A DNA stretch of 62,311 nt from an uncultured archaeon (GTDB lineage: Archaea; Asgardarchaeota; Lokiarchaeia; Sigyniarchaeales; SOKP01). Positions within the stretch are counted from its first letter, which is position 1, and every line of letters begins with the position of its first letter. Position numbers and translations under genes: made by a program. The notes beneath the pieces were generated by a model that saw only the letters and a program-made list of their open reading frames with translations, did no database searches and was not told where the DNA came from. The stretch covers positions 1 to 62,311 of the forward strand of contig CAZRBD010000003.1 in NCBI GenBank assembly GCA_964598265.1, in the 5' to 3' direction. This document shows, one piece after another, positions 60,445-62,311 of the stretch.

Positions 60445-61326
60445 ATGAAACCTCAAATTTTACTTATCGAAGATGATCAAGTTCTTGTCCGTAATTTTAA
60501 AATGTATTTGGAAATGTATGATTATGAGTTAGAAACTGCTCTAAATGGTAAAGATGGATTAAAAATTCTTTCTTCTCTTGAAAATCCTCCTGACCTTATA
60601 ATTAGCGATATTTTAATGCCAGAGATGAATGGCTATGATTTCTACATGAAGGTCTCCGAAAATCCTGAATGGTCAAGGATTCCATTTTTTTTTCTGTCTG
60701 GTAAAACTGAACTTGATGATGTAAAATTCGGTAAAATGTTAGGAGCTGACGATTATATCACTAAACCATTTAGTCCTAAGGATCTATTAGAAAAAATCAA
60801 AGAAAAAGTGGGAGAATACCGCGAACAAAAGAAAAGCACTAAAATTCTCGAAGAGAAACTAAAAGATATTTTAAAGTATGAAGAACCGTCTATCAAAAAG
60901 TTAAGTAGAGCTGATTATTTTTACATCTTTTATATGGTATGGGACGATGAAACTGGACCAACTATTAAGGAATCTTTCCCCAAAATCGAAATTTCTTCAT
61001 TAAACCTTGAAGAACTTACTTCTCAATTATACAGCACTTTAATAAAAATTTATAAATTTGAGGAAATTTTGGAGAGAAATCAATTTATCATAAGAGTTGT
61101 AAAAGAATTAATAGAAGCCTATGCCTTAATTGATAGAGTTAACAATAATGTAGATGTTGGTGAACATGAGGGTACAGGTACTTTTATGGTATGTGCTATC
61201 ACTCCAAACTTTCACTATTTACAATCTGAAAGAATAAGAGACATTCTTGCACAAGTAGCTTTTAATATCAAGTCTAATAGAGAATGGAATATTAAAGATT
61301 ACTGGGAAACTCTTGTAAATATATAA
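60445..61326 (+). CDS. response regulator: receiver domain fused to a longin/roadblock-like C-terminal domain
   Basis: REC motifs: ILLIEDD, LIISDILMPEMNGY, FLSGK and ITKPF. The C-terminal 140 aa has a beta-beta-alpha-beta-beta-alpha pattern (YFYIFYMVWDDETGPTI / LTSQLYSTLIKIY / FIIRVVKELIEAYALI / FMVCAITPNF / IRDILAQVAFNI). The ORF-track TTG start at 60400 is replaced by the ATG at 60445. Confidence 0.7.
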   Translation: MKPQILLIEDDQVLVRNFKMYLEMYDYELETALNGKDGLKILSSLENPPDLIISDILMPEMNGYDFYMKVSENPEWSRIPFFFLSGKTELDDVKFGKMLGADDYITKPFSPKDLLEKIKEKVGEYREQKKSTKILEEKLKDILKYEEPSIKKLSRADYFYIFYMVWDDETGPTIKESFPKIEISSLNLEELTSQLYSTLIKIYKFEEILERNQFIIRVVKELIEAYALIDRVNNNVDVGEHEGTGTFMVCAITPNFHYLQSERIRDILAQVAFNIKSNREWNIKDYWETLVNI

Positions 61327-61534
61327 TTTTTTTTAATGTTAAAAAGTTCTCTTACTTTTTTGTTAAAATCTTTATTCTATTTATTAGTTTCATTATTATA
61401 AAGCAGAGTAGTCTTTATCACTTGATAAGGAAATAACAGAATTAAATTGTTAAAGTTATTTGCCCTAGATTTATTATCACTAATATCAGCAAGATGATCT
61501 TAAAAATTATCTAAAAATCAATATTAATCAAAAG

Positions 61535-62311
61535 ATGGATAATATGGGGAAGAGAAGCAACCCTGAAGTATTTCAAGGAAACTTGAAGAAAAAATCCTAT
61601 TTTGAAGGGTGGTATCATAAAATTGTTGATGCGTCAGAAGAACATATATACGCTATTATTCCAACCATAGCATTGAATCGAAAAGAACTAACTTCACATT
61701 GTGCTATCCAATTTTTTGACGCGGTTAATGCAACAACTGAATATTTTAAGTTTCCTATAGAAGAGTTTAAAAATTTATCAAACAAAAAATTTGAGATTTC
61801 TATTGGAAAAAATTATTTCTCATTGGAGCGAAGTCACCTTGATATTGACCAACAGGGATATAAAATTACAGGAGATCTTAATTATATTGATCCATTTCCT
61901 TGGCCTAAAAAATTCTTACAACCGGGAGCAATGGGATGGCTTTCATATATACCATTTTTAGAAACCTATCATGCTGTAGTGAGTATGAATCATAAGATAC
62001 ATGGTAAAATTTCAATTAATGGAGAAATTGTGAATTTTAAAAATGGGAAAGGATATATCGAAAAAGATTGGGGTAAATCCTTTCCTGTAGCATGGATTTG
62101 GACACAATCAAATCACTTTTCAAATCAAAATCTTTCCTTTATGTTTTCAATTGCTAAGATACCTTTCCTCAGAATGCGATTTAATGGATTTTTAAGTGCA
62201 ATATGGTATGAAGGAAAATTCTTTAAATTTGCTACATATACAGGAGCAAAGGTAAAATCATTAGATGTCAATCCAGATAATATTCAAATTTTAGTAGAAG
62301 ATAAGAAATAT
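61535..62311 (+). CDS. tocopherol-cyclase-like family protein (3' end runs off the window)
   Basis: My translation is MDNMGKRSNPEVFQGNLKKKSYFEGWYHKIV...GYIEKDWGKSFPVAWIWTQSNHF. It parallels plant VTE1 motifs (FFEGWYF and [20 protein letters not shown]). The frame is open to the last base. Confidence 0.7.
   Translation, partial: MDNMGKRSNPEVFQGNLKKKSYFEGWYHKIVDASEEHIYAIIPTIALNRKELTSHCAIQFFDAVNATTEYFKFPIEEFKNLSNKKFEISIGKNYFSLERSHLDIDQQGYKITGDLNYIDPFPWPKKFLQPGAMGWLSYIPFLETYHAVVSMNHKIHGKISINGEIVNFKNGKGYIEKDWGKSFPVAWIWTQSNHFSNQNLSFMFSIAKIPFLRMRFNGFLSAIWYEGKFFKFATYTGAKVKSLDVNPDNIQILVEDKKY

Overview
This is a strongly AT-rich archaeal chromosomal window. TFB, a tungsten-type aldehyde:ferredoxin oxidoreductase and archaeal-style leu genes support the archaeal call. 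A profilin-like gene, an LRR protein and longin/roadblock-like domains suggest an Asgard (Lokiarchaeia-like) genome, which is inference only. Domain calls come from motifs I read in the supplied translations; no searches were run. About half the window is housekeeping: serA; leuB-leuD-leuC-leuA; aor; pyk; a GH3 beta-glucosidase; an amidase; grpE-dnaK-dnaJ; and tfb. The rest is accessory and partly decayed, with an orphan histidine-kinase tail, a receiver-domain fragment, a frameshifted enoyl-CoA hydratase and a truncated wHTH gene abutting a tandem repeat. The standout is an 11-kb, seven-gene, tightly packed minus-strand operon at 14984-25943. It is headed by a PadR regulator with a perfect 20-bp palindrome in its promoter. 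Downstream come a BtrH_N/DUF4872-like protein, a Cys-rich DUF3795-like protein and a short BtrH_N paralog. These are followed by a UvrB-binding-domain-less (class II-like) UvrA of 834 aa and a 1623-aa covalent double UvrA with four ABC ATPase domains. The last gene, translationally coupled by an ATGA overlap, encodes a QW-repeat alpha/alpha-toroid (prenyltransferase/terpene-cyclase-like) protein. No uvrB or uvrC lies in the window. I do not recognise this gene combination as a described system, and I propose it as a candidate inducible module for surveillance of DNA-binding toxins, lesions or foreign DNA. Other points of interest are an in-frame TGA splitting grpE, a profilin-like gene and a receiver domain fused to a longin/roadblock-like domain. 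There is also a threefold zinc-ribbon/TM repeat protein whose first ribbon has no start codon, and a possible small-RNA-like motif present twice. No rRNA, tRNA, CRISPR array, transposase or integrase was seen.
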